Assembly: GCA_001662655.1 (NCBI GenBank) | Contig: KV460208.1 | Origin: Pseudogymnoascus verrucosus | Lineage: Eukaryota | Reading direction: 5' to 3' (one strand) | Length of the DNA: 64,000 nt | Shown here: piece by piece, positions 1 through 11,763 of the stretch | How the letters are laid out: every line of letters begins with the position of its first letter | Numbering within the stretch: the stretch's first letter is position 1 | Program-made: the position numbers and the translations under genes | The notes under the pieces: model-generated | Database searches by the model: none | Seen by the model: only the letters and a program-made list of their open reading frames with translations | Told to the model about the DNA's origin: nothing

Positions 1-555
1 ACCGAGGACGGCGACGCCGCCCCCGTCAACGCCGACGGCCGCACCCCCGAGGAGGAGGAGCAGGACAACAACGTGTCCTACGCCGACTACCTCATCGCTC
101 AAGCCGAGAAGCTCTCCCTCTCCGCCTCCGCCACCCGCAAGGCCAACGAGGGCACCAAGGCGGACAAGAAGTGGGCCAGCGCCAGCGAGCTCAAGAAGGA
201 GGAGGAGGAGGCCTTCATCGCCGCCGCCGCCACCAAGGCCAAGCGCGCCCGCGAGCGCAAGCAGAAGGAGGTCGTTGAGATTGACCAGCGCTTCGTCGAG
301 CAGCCCAGCCGTGACTCCGGCCGTGGCGGCCGCGGACGCGGTGACGGACCCCGTCGCGGCGGTGATCGCGGCGAGCGCGGCAACTTCCGTGGCGAGCGCG
401 GTGCCTTCCGTGGTCCTCGCGGTGATGGCGCCCCTCGTGGCGGACGTGGTGGTCCCCGTGGTGGTGCCCCGCGCACTGGTGGTGGTGCCCCCAGAGGCGG
501 CGCTGCTCCCATCAACACTGAGGACCAGAAGGCTTTCCCCAGCCTGGGCGCTTAA
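1..555 (+). CDS. 3' part of an Stm1/SERBP1-like ribosome-associated RGG-rich protein (5'-truncated by the window edge)
   Basis: Frame 1 is open from base 1 (TEDGDAAPVNADGRTPEEEEQDNNVSYADYL...). It has an acidic/basic region, the KQKEVVEIDQRF motif, an RGG-rich tail and the C-terminal 'AFPSLGA*' typical of fungal Stm1. Codon usage is very GC3-rich. Confidence 0.8.
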   Translation, partial: TEDGDAAPVNADGRTPEEEEQDNNVSYADYLIAQAEKLSLSASATRKANEGTKADKKWASASELKKEEEEAFIAAAATKAKRARERKQKEVVEIDQRFVEQPSRDSGRGGRGRGDGPRRGGDRGERGNFRGERGAFRGPRGDGAPRGGRGGPRGGAPRTGGGAPRGGAAPINTEDQKAFPSLGA

Positions 556-1355
556 GTGCTGCCTCACTGTTCATCGCAGTTACGCTGCTACTCTTTGCCA
601 TCTTCGATTACTTAACCTCTTTTATGGGAACCTTTTTAATTAATGGATTCTGATCTGGGAGGGGGTGTTCGGGTGGTGTTTTTAGTTAGCAAGCAAGTTG
701 GTTACTCCTCTCGCCAAAATAAATGAGAGGGGACGAATAGGTGGATGGTGGTGCGGGGGGGATGGATAAACTGGAAAATCTTTCTGTGTGTTGTTGTGGT
801 TGTCTTATACTTTTTTTGTTTTGGCGTCCGTTCTCAACTGCGGATTGCTGGAGGAAAAGGGTTTTTATTAAAGAAATTAGGAAAAAATGTGAATTAGTAC
901 TACTACTGCTTAATGCTTTGAACGTGTTGTGTTGAAGAGGATGTGATTTTTGATAGGAATGTTGGCTGGTGGACATATTGTTATCTTATATAATACTACT
1001 TATGTTAAAAGGATTTAAAATTTATAGTATTATTCTTATTACACTCGCAGATAACAAGCAAACGATCGTCGTTGATAAGTCGAGGCCCCCCTGATGTTAT
1101 CTGTCGTAAGCATTTGGCGAATACGCAGCCACAGCTTAGCCGCACATAAGAATTGAGTACGCAGTTACAAGAGAGGTGTCGGTACAGGGCTCAGGTGGAC
1201 TTAAAGGTTAAATTAATCTTCTAGCCTGTGTTGTGTTTCTCAATTCCAAATAATTCCTAAGCAAGTCGTACTGTTCTTCATCCAAATCCAAATCCAACCA
1301 CGTCATCATAACCAAACCTACAATAAAAATCCATCCCACATATTCGGATGGTGAC

Positions 1356-3261
1356 CTAAAATCCCGTCACACAGTACTCCTTGTCATCATTTCGATCCCA
1401 GTTTTGCGGCCTTGTATCCCGTCTCGTGACGATGCCGTTGTATCTCGGCGGTGGGCTGCTAGGGGTATTCTGCTGATATTGATACTGGTATGGCACCACC
1501 TGCTGCTCGAAACGGCCATAGTTGTCTGTAGTATACCGCTCATCGTGCGTCGGATCATGCCTATCCCTTGGATGAAACCGTTCGCCAGACAGTGCGCCGT
1601 CGTAAGAATAGTCCAGTTGCGGATCTTCTTGCCAATCATACACTTCTTCCGGATTCTGCCTCGTGCCATGCGGAGATCGAGGTTCACGAGAGGCGATGTC
1701 GGATGTAGGGTTGTTGACGATCATCAGATATAGCACATCTGAATTCGCCTCAATGCTCTTAATGGACTTCAAAAGGCCCTGGTCCTTCCTATTTGCTGTG
1801 GATGAGCCAGAGCCATTCACGATACCCCGCACACCTGATATAAGTCGAGGGCGCCCACGTCCAAAACTTCCGCCATGGCCGGACCTCTCCGCTAGATTTG
1901 AAACAAGTCCGTGTATAAGATGCCCACGTTCGTTTCCATTATCCTTTGGCCCTCTACGGCCTTCCCTTTGAGCGTTTCGTTCCTCTTTTCTCGATCTTTT
2001 GCTCGTTTCTTTGTCACTCTGTCGGTCGTTTCCAGATATTGTCGATAGTAAGCTGCCGTTATTGTTGGTCGAAGTCGGGTCAGCGAAGCGGTTACCGAAC
2101 TTTGGAGCTGGTCCGGCAAGGGGTGAGCCTGGATTACCTTCCGCCTAATGATATGTTAGACGACCTGCTACTTAGTCCACGGAGTAAACACTTACAAATC
2201 GTGCCCGTGCTCGACGGTCATGGTAGTCAGAGATAAAATCGGTGATCTTGTCAAGGCGATTGGATGGTTGATCAGTGGGAAGAGATCCGGCCTCGAAAAA
2301 AATTAGAGGAGACGCCTCGGGCATTTGGAATCTTTGGGTTCGAATATTTTCTGGATTTTCGAACCTGTTTGCTGCAGTGTCTTGCAATTGCGAAGAAGAA
2401 ATTGAATTAGTATTGACAATCGTGCTGGATTGCTCTGGCTTGTATGTCATAACCATAGCAAACAATCCATGGGGGACGAAGAGCTCTTCGTTCATTCTAT
2501 CCAAGTATGTCTTTGTTCTGATGAAGGAAAATTAAGCCATCAGTATGGGTGTCTAGATCTTTCGAACGCCAAGTAGGCTTACTTATGATTGGTCTGAGAT
2601 TGTTTTGCATATTGTACAGCAATTGGCAGAGCAGTTGAAATGACGATGGGCGCGATTCCTGGAGCAAATCCCACTCCAAGTGCTGCCACGTTGACAGCAT
2701 CCAGGTAAGGAGAAGACTGTTAATCAAATGCTAGTAAGCGTTGATCGATTATGGAACGAAATTCGCCACCGGGCATGAAATGAGATTAACAGACCTGACT
2801 CTCTCTGTTAAATGACTCAATGAACGACAGAAATGTTTCTTGATCAATGCCGCAACCTTCGAGGGCGGGAGCATACGCCCTGGACCAACCACGACTTTTA
2901 TTTTCTGGCCTGCGCTGAGGGATAATAACGGGATATGAGAGACCTCCTTGAGTTAAAAGCTGCTCCGAGCAAAATTGTTGCTCGTCGTAAATTTCGTTGC
3001 CTGTCTCATTGAACTCTGTTCGTGCATAGTTCTCGTCACTAAAGTGCGCAAGTTGAGACTGCTGAAACCCATCCAGGCTTCTCGAATGGTAGTTCGCTCC
3101 TTCTTATTTCAGTATTTGGAGATTTGAAGTTGTCCTGTGGCAGAGAACCTACTTTCGTATCTTGAAGAGTCGTAGACCCTGGGGGATTGTGAACTCTGGG
3201 CCGAAGCAGCTTCCATGGCAAGGCCAATGCCTGATGATAGAAGACCTCTCAGTTTCCCCAT
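1356..3261 (-). CDS. Conserved fungal hypothetical protein (BuaE-like family, often loosely annotated as 'FAD binding domain protein'), multi-exon
   Basis: Reconstructed ATG at 3261 (MGKLRGLLSSGIGLAMEA). GT-AG introns join family motifs PVIIPQRRPENKSRGWSRAYAPALEGCGIDQETFLSFIESFN, LDRMNEELFVPHGLFAMVMTYKP, DYHDRRARARF, FGNRFADPTSTNNNGSLLS and DVLYLMIVN. The joins checked by eye are in frame. Confidence 0.7.
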
Positions 3262-3765
3262 GGCTTCTGATACAGGCAGAGTCTTTTTGATGAGGAAAGA
3301 TATAGGTTGGCGTATCCAAAAATAGGACGTAAATTAAAATAGTAGATAGGTAAAATGTGTGAATATAAGAAACACCCGAGGAAGCACCTACAGCAATACC
3401 CACCGCTTTATAGAATGGAATTGTGTACTGTCGCGAATATTTGCATTTGCTAAGCCTTTACGAACACCAGTTCCGAATGGGGACATTAAGACGTAGCAAT
3501 GCCACAAAAATGATTACTCAAGAGCATCATAGCAGAAGCCCAAAATGGAAACAAAGTTCGTTGAGGTAGCTCCGAGGTCTTGGCTTCTAGATTCCTCTCC
3601 AGCTTGGCACCTGAAGGTACGCTATTGCCCACACGCAAAACAAGAAAAGATGGGAGTCATCAGAGGAAATACGCAATAGAGCCGGTAGGAAGAACTCTAT
3701 TGCCTGGACTTTGTTTGGTATGTCCCACGACTCCGTCTTAGGCATGAGGCATTCGTTCTGGACTA

Positions 3766-3858
3766 CGAGCCTCTAGCCTTAAATGGCATAACGGCATGGA
3801 TGCAAGGCGCTAGCGTAGCCACGTCGCACACTGCGAGCCTCTAGCCTTAAATGGCATA
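3766..3858. repeat. Perfect 25-bp direct repeat CGAGCCTCTAGCCTTAAATGGCATA
   Basis: Copies at 3766-3790 and 3834-3858, with a degenerate partial copy near 3873-3888. Confidence 0.9.
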
Positions 3859-4507
3859 GCGCAGGGTTACTACTCGCTAGCCTAAATGTTTTAGCGCCTT
3901 CCTTCAATATTGCCTAGTATCTTCCAGCGTTTTCATCCACCCCTCGAAGCTACAACTGACTGATGACAAACCGCGCCCCTTAACGGGTCGCTGAGTCCGA
4001 AATAATACACCATATCGTTAATGAAATTGTTTTCAGGCTCTGAGCTCAATCATATGTCCTAATGAGCTCCACAGATCTGTTTAAATCCCTGGTGTGTGAT
4101 TTTGCAATGTACACATTTGAAGGTATTCGCAACTGTTGTAATGGCTAGGTTTAACGACGTGGTCCTGTTGTAAGACTTCTAGTTATTATCTAGTTATTTT
4201 CTAGTCCGGCTTCAATTTCGTCAGAGTAGAGCAAATAAAACCAGGCTAAACCCTTTAAAGGCCTCCCGGAATCATTTTGATGTTTGAAAGTACCAAGTTG
4301 TAATATCAGAGTTAAATAAAATTTATATGACATTGAAATCTATAAGCGTATATTAAGTTTATACCTTAATGCTAATCCCGTCCAAAGCGCCATGAACCTA
4401 AAGGAAATCAACCCTGTCTAGCTAAGTCTACAGCTAACATTTATTTTGTGGCGAGGAGTAACAATTTCCTCATCTTCCGCAGAAGCACAACCTCCATAGT
4501 ATCCCTC

Positions 4508-5436
4508 TCATTTCGAGATAGTGAGCCCAACAATAGTATACATTACCACCACGACAAACTCCTCAACGAGAGCCATACAGAGCTCAACGACAGTATTTCC
4601 CCCAACTGCAGAGAAAGACTTGAACGTCGTAAAGACAGACAGAATACTCCAAAGTAGCCTCACTGCTATGAAAGGGAGCGCAACAGCAACAGCAATGTAG
4701 ACACGGCGCTCCCCAGCTGGTGCTCTATGCACATCCCGAGCGGTGATGAGGGTCAAGAACACCAGAAGCAAGTAGACAATAATAAATATCGCAATGCCGA
4801 TCTTGAAGTATTTGGGACCGTCGCTGCGGCTTGACGGGTCAGATGAGGCCTCGTCTGTGCCGCCGACGATACAGAGGATAAGAGCGATTGTTGTGGGCAA
4901 TTGTGCGATTTGAATGATACGGCTTCGGCGGGAAATGGCGGTAGCGCGTTTGGTAATGATACCGCTCCTGTGACGGTGTGTCAGTTCAAGCGTGGGCTAA
5001 CAGTGGAGGAGCAACATACACTTTTCCAATAGCACCAACACTGGCCAGACTGTTCATGTACCCTGATGACGAATTGGACGGTATGGTGAGGGAGACTTCA
5101 TCGGTTCTAAAGTCGGAGTCAGCGTATATTCGTCGCTCAAGGTTCCGTCGTAACTCACATTCTCTTCAGGAGACCCAGTGTGGCCATAAGTAACGGACTG
5201 AGACCAACGGATTGGAGAATAGCCGACCACTCCTGATCCGTCTCATTGTTGGGGTTCGCCTCACTTGCGATTCTGAAGCCGGCACCTGCGCATCGGACGC
5301 CGCAGAATATCACCAGGTAGATCCATCCAAGCTGTCTGCGGAAGCCATGGCGGAAAACGACAAAGGCGGCGAGGAAGAATATAGGGACATAGACGCAGAG
5401 TTCTATGATGGCGATGACTTTTTGACTCGGGCCCAT
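4508..5436 (-). CDS. Multi-pass integral membrane protein (DUF7702/RTA1-like 7-TM fungal family), 3 exons
   Basis: MGPSQKVIAIIELCVYVPIFFLAAFVVFRHGFRRQLGWIYLVIFCGVR...LQSVGLSPLLMATLGLLKR, followed by exons with hydrophobic helices and the 'ALPFIAVRLLWSIL...MALVEEFVVV' motif. ATG at 5436. Confidence 0.75.
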
Positions 5437-6341
5437 CTTGATTGATAAACGATGTACAGCTGGGGGATTGAGGAAATGAGAATGAAATGTGGGAGGAGCG
5501 ATGATATAACGATGTCGATGAAGCGATGAATATGATTCTGAATGATAGAAGGAATTAAAAGAGAGTCTGTTCACTTAATCTTATACTCCTATCTCGTGGG
5601 CGGTTACCCTAACAATACTGAAGACATTTGTACCTCGAAATGTTGCGAATTATCGATTTTCGACGTAGCATTACGAACACCTTTGCGAGGCATGGTCCCC
5701 AAGTAGCAAGCGGGATCGTAGTGCTCACCTTGCGACAGCCCCCTCTCGCGACTGTAGGGTCGTTTTAGGCAACCTGCATCGTGGACCCCAACAAGCATGC
5801 TGGTACCGCATCTGGTTGATTTGCTGCGGACAGCGGAGTTGCGGGTACGCAGTTGAGTGGCTGGGCTGAGAGAGCTAAGAAACTACGCGGCAGGAAGGCG
5901 TAAGCCTGCAGATAAAATGGGCTATAAAGTCATATATTGAGTTCTGCATGGATAATCTAAAGAAAAGGCGTCAGTGTGTGTAGACCACGCTACGAGCTTC
6001 CTTCCAGAAGAGCACTAGTGGCCCGACCGTCACAACCCAAAAGCTTGATCATCCTTGGCACTAGGGTCAAACGGGTCCGCCCCTAATTGTTAATACTATT
6101 TTTGCCACCTCCACGTTCCAGCTTATCTACTCCGTTACTGATAGATGGACCTTATAGTCACCATTAGCCCTACTCTACCACTAGTTTCACTACCGCTGGC
6201 GGGTAAGACTTAGCGTTTTCGTCTTTGTTGCGTCATCCCTTTTGACTGACAACGACGAGGCTTATATCATCCACTTGGCAGCTCCAGACTTCCGATTTCT
6301 ACGCATGCTACGACAGCCTAACCTCGGAACACTTCTATAGT

Positions 6342-8198
6342 ATGAGTTTCGCTGTGAAGCAAAGTAAAGGATGCGCACCGTGTCGAGCAAAGAGGACCAA
6401 GGTCAGTAGCTTAGTCTCAACCTCCGCTTCCCTAGAGAGAGCTCTTGGAAGTCGAGACGGACGCTAACTTTGAGTACTACAGTGTGATCAAGCAAGGCCA
6501 TCCTGCAGTCAATGTATCCGGGCTAGACGCAGCTGCCATGGATATAAGGATCTGTCAGAACATCGATTCGTTGATCAGACCCAGAAATTCGTTCGCCAAG
6601 GTCGTGCTAAATCGTCACCAACCCCAACTAGTTATGGCTTCATTTCTAGCGAGACTTCATCCCGTCGTTCATGTCCTGAGTCTGCCAGTTATGGCTTCGC
6701 TTTCAGTCAGAGTTCATCTCGCCATTCAAGTCCTGAGTCTGAGGTCTTAGCTGAAATAATATCCCCAGCTTTGCGCGATTCCCTAGATTTCCAGGCCACG
6801 TGCTATTTCTTGAGAAACTATTCCTGGGAAGGAGGTCAATCTGCCAAGGGCTTTTTCGATTACATCCCAGACGTTATAAACTGCCAAGGGACCGTGGGAA
6901 CTGCTTTGACCGACGTGGTTATATCCCTTGGCATGGTTGGTATATCACATACCAAAAGCAACAATTCGAGTGTTATGTATGCAGCCAAAGTAAAGTATAA
7001 CCGTGCAGTAAGCGCTACGAACAGGGCATTATGCACTCAAGATGCCAAAGCCGATCAAACACTCATTACAGTGATGTTATTAGGATTATTTGAAGTAAGT
7101 GTTGTGACGCGCTCTAAATCACATCTAACATAATATGGTAGACAAATACATGCAATACTCCAAGGTCAATGAAATCTTGGACCCAGCACATTAATGGCGC
7201 CGCACAGATCTTGTATCTTCGCGGTAAAGAACAACTTCAAACAGAAACAGGCCGCCAAATATTCCGCTACTTGCGGACCCAAATTGTAAGCGCCTCTTTC
7301 TGCGGAGCTTCAGCACCTAGTATTAACATTCGCAAAGATAATCAACTCTATGCAAAGGCGTGCAGCAATTCCCGAAACCATCACCTCCTGGTCACTCTTA
7401 TCCCTCCCTTATGAAAGCGGCGAAGACCTTACTGCAAGCAAACTCTCCTTTCTGGTCATCGAATTCTGCAACCTACGCTCCCTCATGACTTCAATGCATG
7501 ACTTCACTAACTCTGCTGCCATTGTATCCGCCGCGTTGATGATCGAAGCTTCTCTTGCTGCCTGGGCGGCGGAAAGTCCATACCGCTACAACATCGTACC
7601 TCTCATGGCCCGCTCCGATGCCGTATTCGCGGATTATTATCACACATACTCCAGCATTTTGACTGCCACCTCTTGGAATAGCTACCGCAGCGTCCGCATT
7701 TTATTGAATGAACTTCTCATCGTCCAGTTGAGCCATCTATGCCACTCCGAATTCCAGTACGAAGATGAGGATGAGGAATTCCCGAATTTAGCCGAGGACA
7801 GCCAATTCTTATTGCAACAGCAGTACCAATCCCAGATATCCCACAGCCGCACTGTCATTGTCCAACTTACACAGGATATATGCGCGACCGTGCCCTACTA
7901 CCTCTGCGACGCGCCTTCTGGGAGCTATCTACTCACCGAATATCCACAATCAGAGCATGTACCCCGTGCCGCCTGCGGCAATTTGCTACTCTGGCCACTA
8001 TTTACAGCCGCGTGCACGAATATGGTGTCGAATGTGATGAGGGCATGGGTAGTACAGCGGCTGGAAAAGATTGCGAATGTTATGGGCATCCAGCAGGCGA
8101 GGGCGTTGGCGATTTTACTAGGTTTGAGAAAAGATCCGCCAACGTGGCATGACACGGAGCTAACGATACAAGAAAATGGGACGACTGACGAGTGGTAA
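6342..8198 (+). CDS. Zn(II)2Cys6 transcription factor with Fungal_trans_2 (DUF3468)-type C-terminal domain
   Basis: MSFAVKQSKGCAPCRAKRTK/intron/CDQARPSCSQCIRARRSCHGY gives an intact C6 cluster. Downstream motifs are DQTLITVMLLGLFE, WTQHINGAAQILYLRG, WNSYRSVRI, DICATVPY and GNLLLWPL. Confidence 0.9.
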
Positions 8199-8262
8199 TC
8201 GTTGTATATTATAAGATATTAGATTTTAAGACTTGGAAATATAGACAGGTTAAATGACAGCT

Positions 8263-8850
8263 ATGTAATCGTAGGTGGAAGCGAACTTCGTCTGCGAGAT
8301 CTCTCAATTTGTACTGGTGCCAGTTCACCGCTACCCCTCACCAAAACCTACAACATTCCCGTATATAGTATTTTATATAGTAACTTAATGGAATCAATTT
8401 AATGGAAGGGACTCCTCTATCAAACGCCTGTTAGTGGCTAGCAGACAATCCAACTGAGTCTGTAGCTGTTGCCTCTCGGATTTTCCATGTTCTAAGATCA
8501 ACTCTACAGTCAAGCATGCAGCAACTCTACCAGCCCCAGAAGCCCTGTAGAGGTCAGAATAAGCTGCTTAATACAGCACAAATAGAAGCTCTAAAACAGT
8601 GGATAATACTACAATATGAGCTAGGCCTAGGAGCTACCTGGCAAATGACCTTTACAGCTATATGCCACCTACGGAAGCTACTGCCACCACCCTCACAAAA
8701 GCTGGCTTAGTAAGCTTATTAGGAATGAGCTTCGAGAGTTCCATTTTATTACAACTAAGCCAATTGCTCAGCAGTGTGTAAGGGCTTAAGATGAGAGTAC
8801 TATTCAAGAGTGGTTTAAGAAATACTACAAGTTTATACTACAGCACTATC
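8263..8850 (+). mobile_element. Degenerate, truncated pogo/Fot1-like (Tc1-mariner superfamily) DNA transposon remnant
   Basis: From 8402: MEGTPLSNAC*WLADNPTESVAVASRIFHVLRSTLQ...GQNKLLNTAQIEALKQWI...PPPSQ, then a frameshift (~8700) to SWLSKLIRNELREFHFITTKPIAQQCVRA*DESTIQEWFKKY. This resembles the HTH-psq plus CENP-B-type HTH of fungal pogo transposases. Stops are TAG 8432 and TAA 8787. ATGTAATC at 8263 may be a mutated ACGTAATC-type TIR start. No DDE domain is present. Confidence 0.75.
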
Positions 8851-9673
8851 ATCAGAAGCACCTCCAAACCAAGCTTTCCTGCCTCTATTCATGCACAAGA
8901 AATTATAGTTCCTTAAGAAATCTCTATAATGCAATGCAACCCATAATGCATGTATGTGTACGTGTATCCCGTATGCTCGCTCCCCCTCCTCCCCCTCCTC
9001 CCCCTCTACCCCACCTCACCATCTGCAGTAACAAAAACCGCCCACTATTTGTTCAATCTAATCCCTTTTATGCCAACGCAGAAAAATGTGTGCACACCGT
9101 CCGTCTGACCACAAACGCCACCAAATATCAAGAAAAAATCTCACAGTATGCGAAGTTGAAAAACAAAAAACCAAAAGCCAAAATGGTAGGTAAGCCGATT
9201 CATATACCAGCCAACAAGCACCCTTGATTCTCTTCTCTTTCTCAGCTTTGAGATTCCATCCAAATAATCTTTGCACATGCCTCCATCTGCCCACTATCCA
9301 TCCCCCCACACAAACCAGAACACCCCCCCTCTAACCCCCCCCTTTAAAAAATCACAAAAAATGCGAGCAAGAGCCGCCGCGCCCACACCCATCAACGTAC
9401 AACCCACATCCTCAAATCCCTCGACACCGCCAACGCAGCCGTCACCATCACCACAAGCCCTAGCACGACTTCGAGCGGTAGAAACGCTAGCACGCCCAGG
9501 AGCACGAACCCGAACTGGCGGAGGCGCTTTATGCGATTATCGCGCCCCGTGCCGTCCATCTGGTCCCTCTCCGGCGCACCCCATCGCTCGCGCGTCCGCG
9601 TTCGAGATTTCTCATCGCCGCCACCGCTCTCATCTTCCGAACTCGACGGTGTGGTTGGAGTAGTAGTTGGTGG

Positions 9674-11763
9674 CTATCCGAAATGGAAGTGCTGTCCACC
9701 ACCACCACCGCCTGGGAATCCACCGCCAGGGAACCCACCGCCCCTTCCGCCGCCGCCGAATCCGCCGCCACCACCGCCGTTCATCATCTGAAACAGGATC
9801 TCTGGGTCGATACCGCCCATTCCGCCGCCGCCGCCGAAACCTCCACCCCCGAAGCCGCCGCCGCCAAACATGTCAGCAGGGTCCATGAGGTCCTCGCCGC
9901 TGTCGTACTTAGCGCGCTTCTGCGGGTCGCTGAGCGTCTCGTACGCCTCGCCGATATCCTTGAAGCGGTCCTCGGCGTCCTTGTCATCGGGGTTCTTGTC
10001 GGGATGATGCACGATAGCGAGTTTGCGGTACGCCTTCTTGATCTCCGTCTCATTGGCCTCCTTCTCGATCCCAAGGATCTTGTAGTAATCCTTGCGCTTG
10101 CTCTTCTTGAGCTCCAGCTCCGCCTTCCTGATCTCCTTGGGCAGCGTGGCGTCAGAGGGGTCGGATTCCGCGAGCGCTTTCAGCTCACGCACCGCTTCTT
10201 CCCAGTTGCCCGATTGGCCGAGCGCGGTGGCCTTCGTCTTGCGCGCCTTAGTGTAGGAGGGGTCGAGGCGCAGCGCAGACTCGCAGTCCGTGATGGCGCC
10301 CTCGTAGTCCTTCAGCTTGATGCGGCACAGCGCGCTGTTCTGGAGGAGCTTGGAGTTTGTGCCCTTGTTGAGCGGGTCCACCTCTAGCGCCTCGGTGTAC
10401 TTGTCCAGCGCCGTCTGCCACTTCCCGAGCTTGTAGTCTGAGTTTCCGTCCGACTTCATGCGGTCCAGCTTCTGCACCATGCGCAGGTACTTGACGGCGT
10501 CGCGGTAGTCGGGGTCGCAGTTCAGGGCTTGACGGAAGTGCTGGATGGCCTTCTCGTTGTCGCCTTGTGCGTATAGAGCCCTTCCTCGCAGCACCAATGC
10601 TTCGGGGTCGGATTTGTTGCTCCTCAGCAGCGACATGGCGACGTTCTGGGCGTCTCCGAGAGCATTGACATTGCCCATCTTGAGGTACGCCTCTCCGCGC
10701 ATCAGCTGCCATTTTCTGGGCTTCTGCGCACCGACACCGAGGAATTTCTCTGCCTGGTCGAGGGCGTGCAGGGCCATTGAGCCGGTTGTGCCGTGCTTCA
10801 GCGCATCTTCTGCTACCGAGATGTGCTGCTTCATGGTCTTGGCTGGTGCTACATCCTTTGCTGATGGAGCGGGCTGGATCTGGTCGTAAGTGCTTAATGC
10901 CTCCTCCGGCCTGCCTAGGTTTGTGTAAATGCGTGCCAACCTCAGTAGGATCTTAGGGCTGTTCGGCTCGAGCTCGTTGGCGCGTAGGGCGTCTTCGAGG
11001 GCCTTGTCGTAGTTTGCATTGGAGATATAGGCTGCGGCACGGTTGTTCAAGTATGTTGCGGATGAGGGCATTGCCTCGACGGCTACAATATTGTTAATAT
11101 GATATTCCCAGTGTGCGTGCGTCGGGTAATAGTACCTTTGGTATACTCGTCAATTGCCTTCCTGTACTCCTTAGCCTTATAATGCTTGTTTCCAGCATTC
11201 TTGAAAGCCTCCGCCTCCTCCGGCGTGGGGGGAGCAGCTGCAACCGGGCTCGTAGGAGGGCTTTTATGCGGTGGAGGCGTGGGCGCCCCGCTATCCACGT
11301 CCATGCTGTCCTTGTTCGCTGTGCCGTTCGTGCCATTCGGTGTAGTAGAATTGAAGGCCCCGGGGATTTTTTCTGCGGGTGGTGACGATGGCTGTGCGTG
11401 CACGTCAGTGTCGACCTCCATCGGGTCTGAACGCATTTGTTCGGCCATGTTGGACAGTGCGGACAGTCGTCGCAGGTCTGGCGGAAGGTTCAGCGGATGT
11501 GTATTTGCGTCGAAGGTATGGGCTCTCGAGACTGGGGTGGGGCCTCGTGAGCCGCTGTTGTGGGAAGTTGTATGACTGTGTCGGCGTTCGTCCCTCGAAT
11601 CACGACGATTGGATCTCGAGGATGAGCTAGAGGACTTCTTTGGAGAAGGACTCTGGCGAGGACTACTGTCGTCGCGAGGAGTGCGGTCGTGGGTGTTGTC
11701 GTCGTCGTCTGGTGGTGGGGTGGTCTTCTTTGATTTTTTGGATAACTTGGGGAAGAAGTTCAT
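9674..11763 (-). CDS. TPR-repeat DnaJ co-chaperone (DNAJC7/Tpr2 orthologue), 2 exons
   Basis: Multiple TPR motifs ([26 protein letters not shown]), J domain KDYYKILG...HHPDKN, and a G/F-rich tail. Intron 11135-11083 (GT...AG). Confidence 0.95.

Noticed and set aside
9683..11575. Long antisense or alternate-frame ORFs over DNAJC7 (likewise over LEU2, separase and Stm1)
   Set aside because: They are shadow ORFs caused by GC3-rich codon usage of the real genes and show no recognisable domains.
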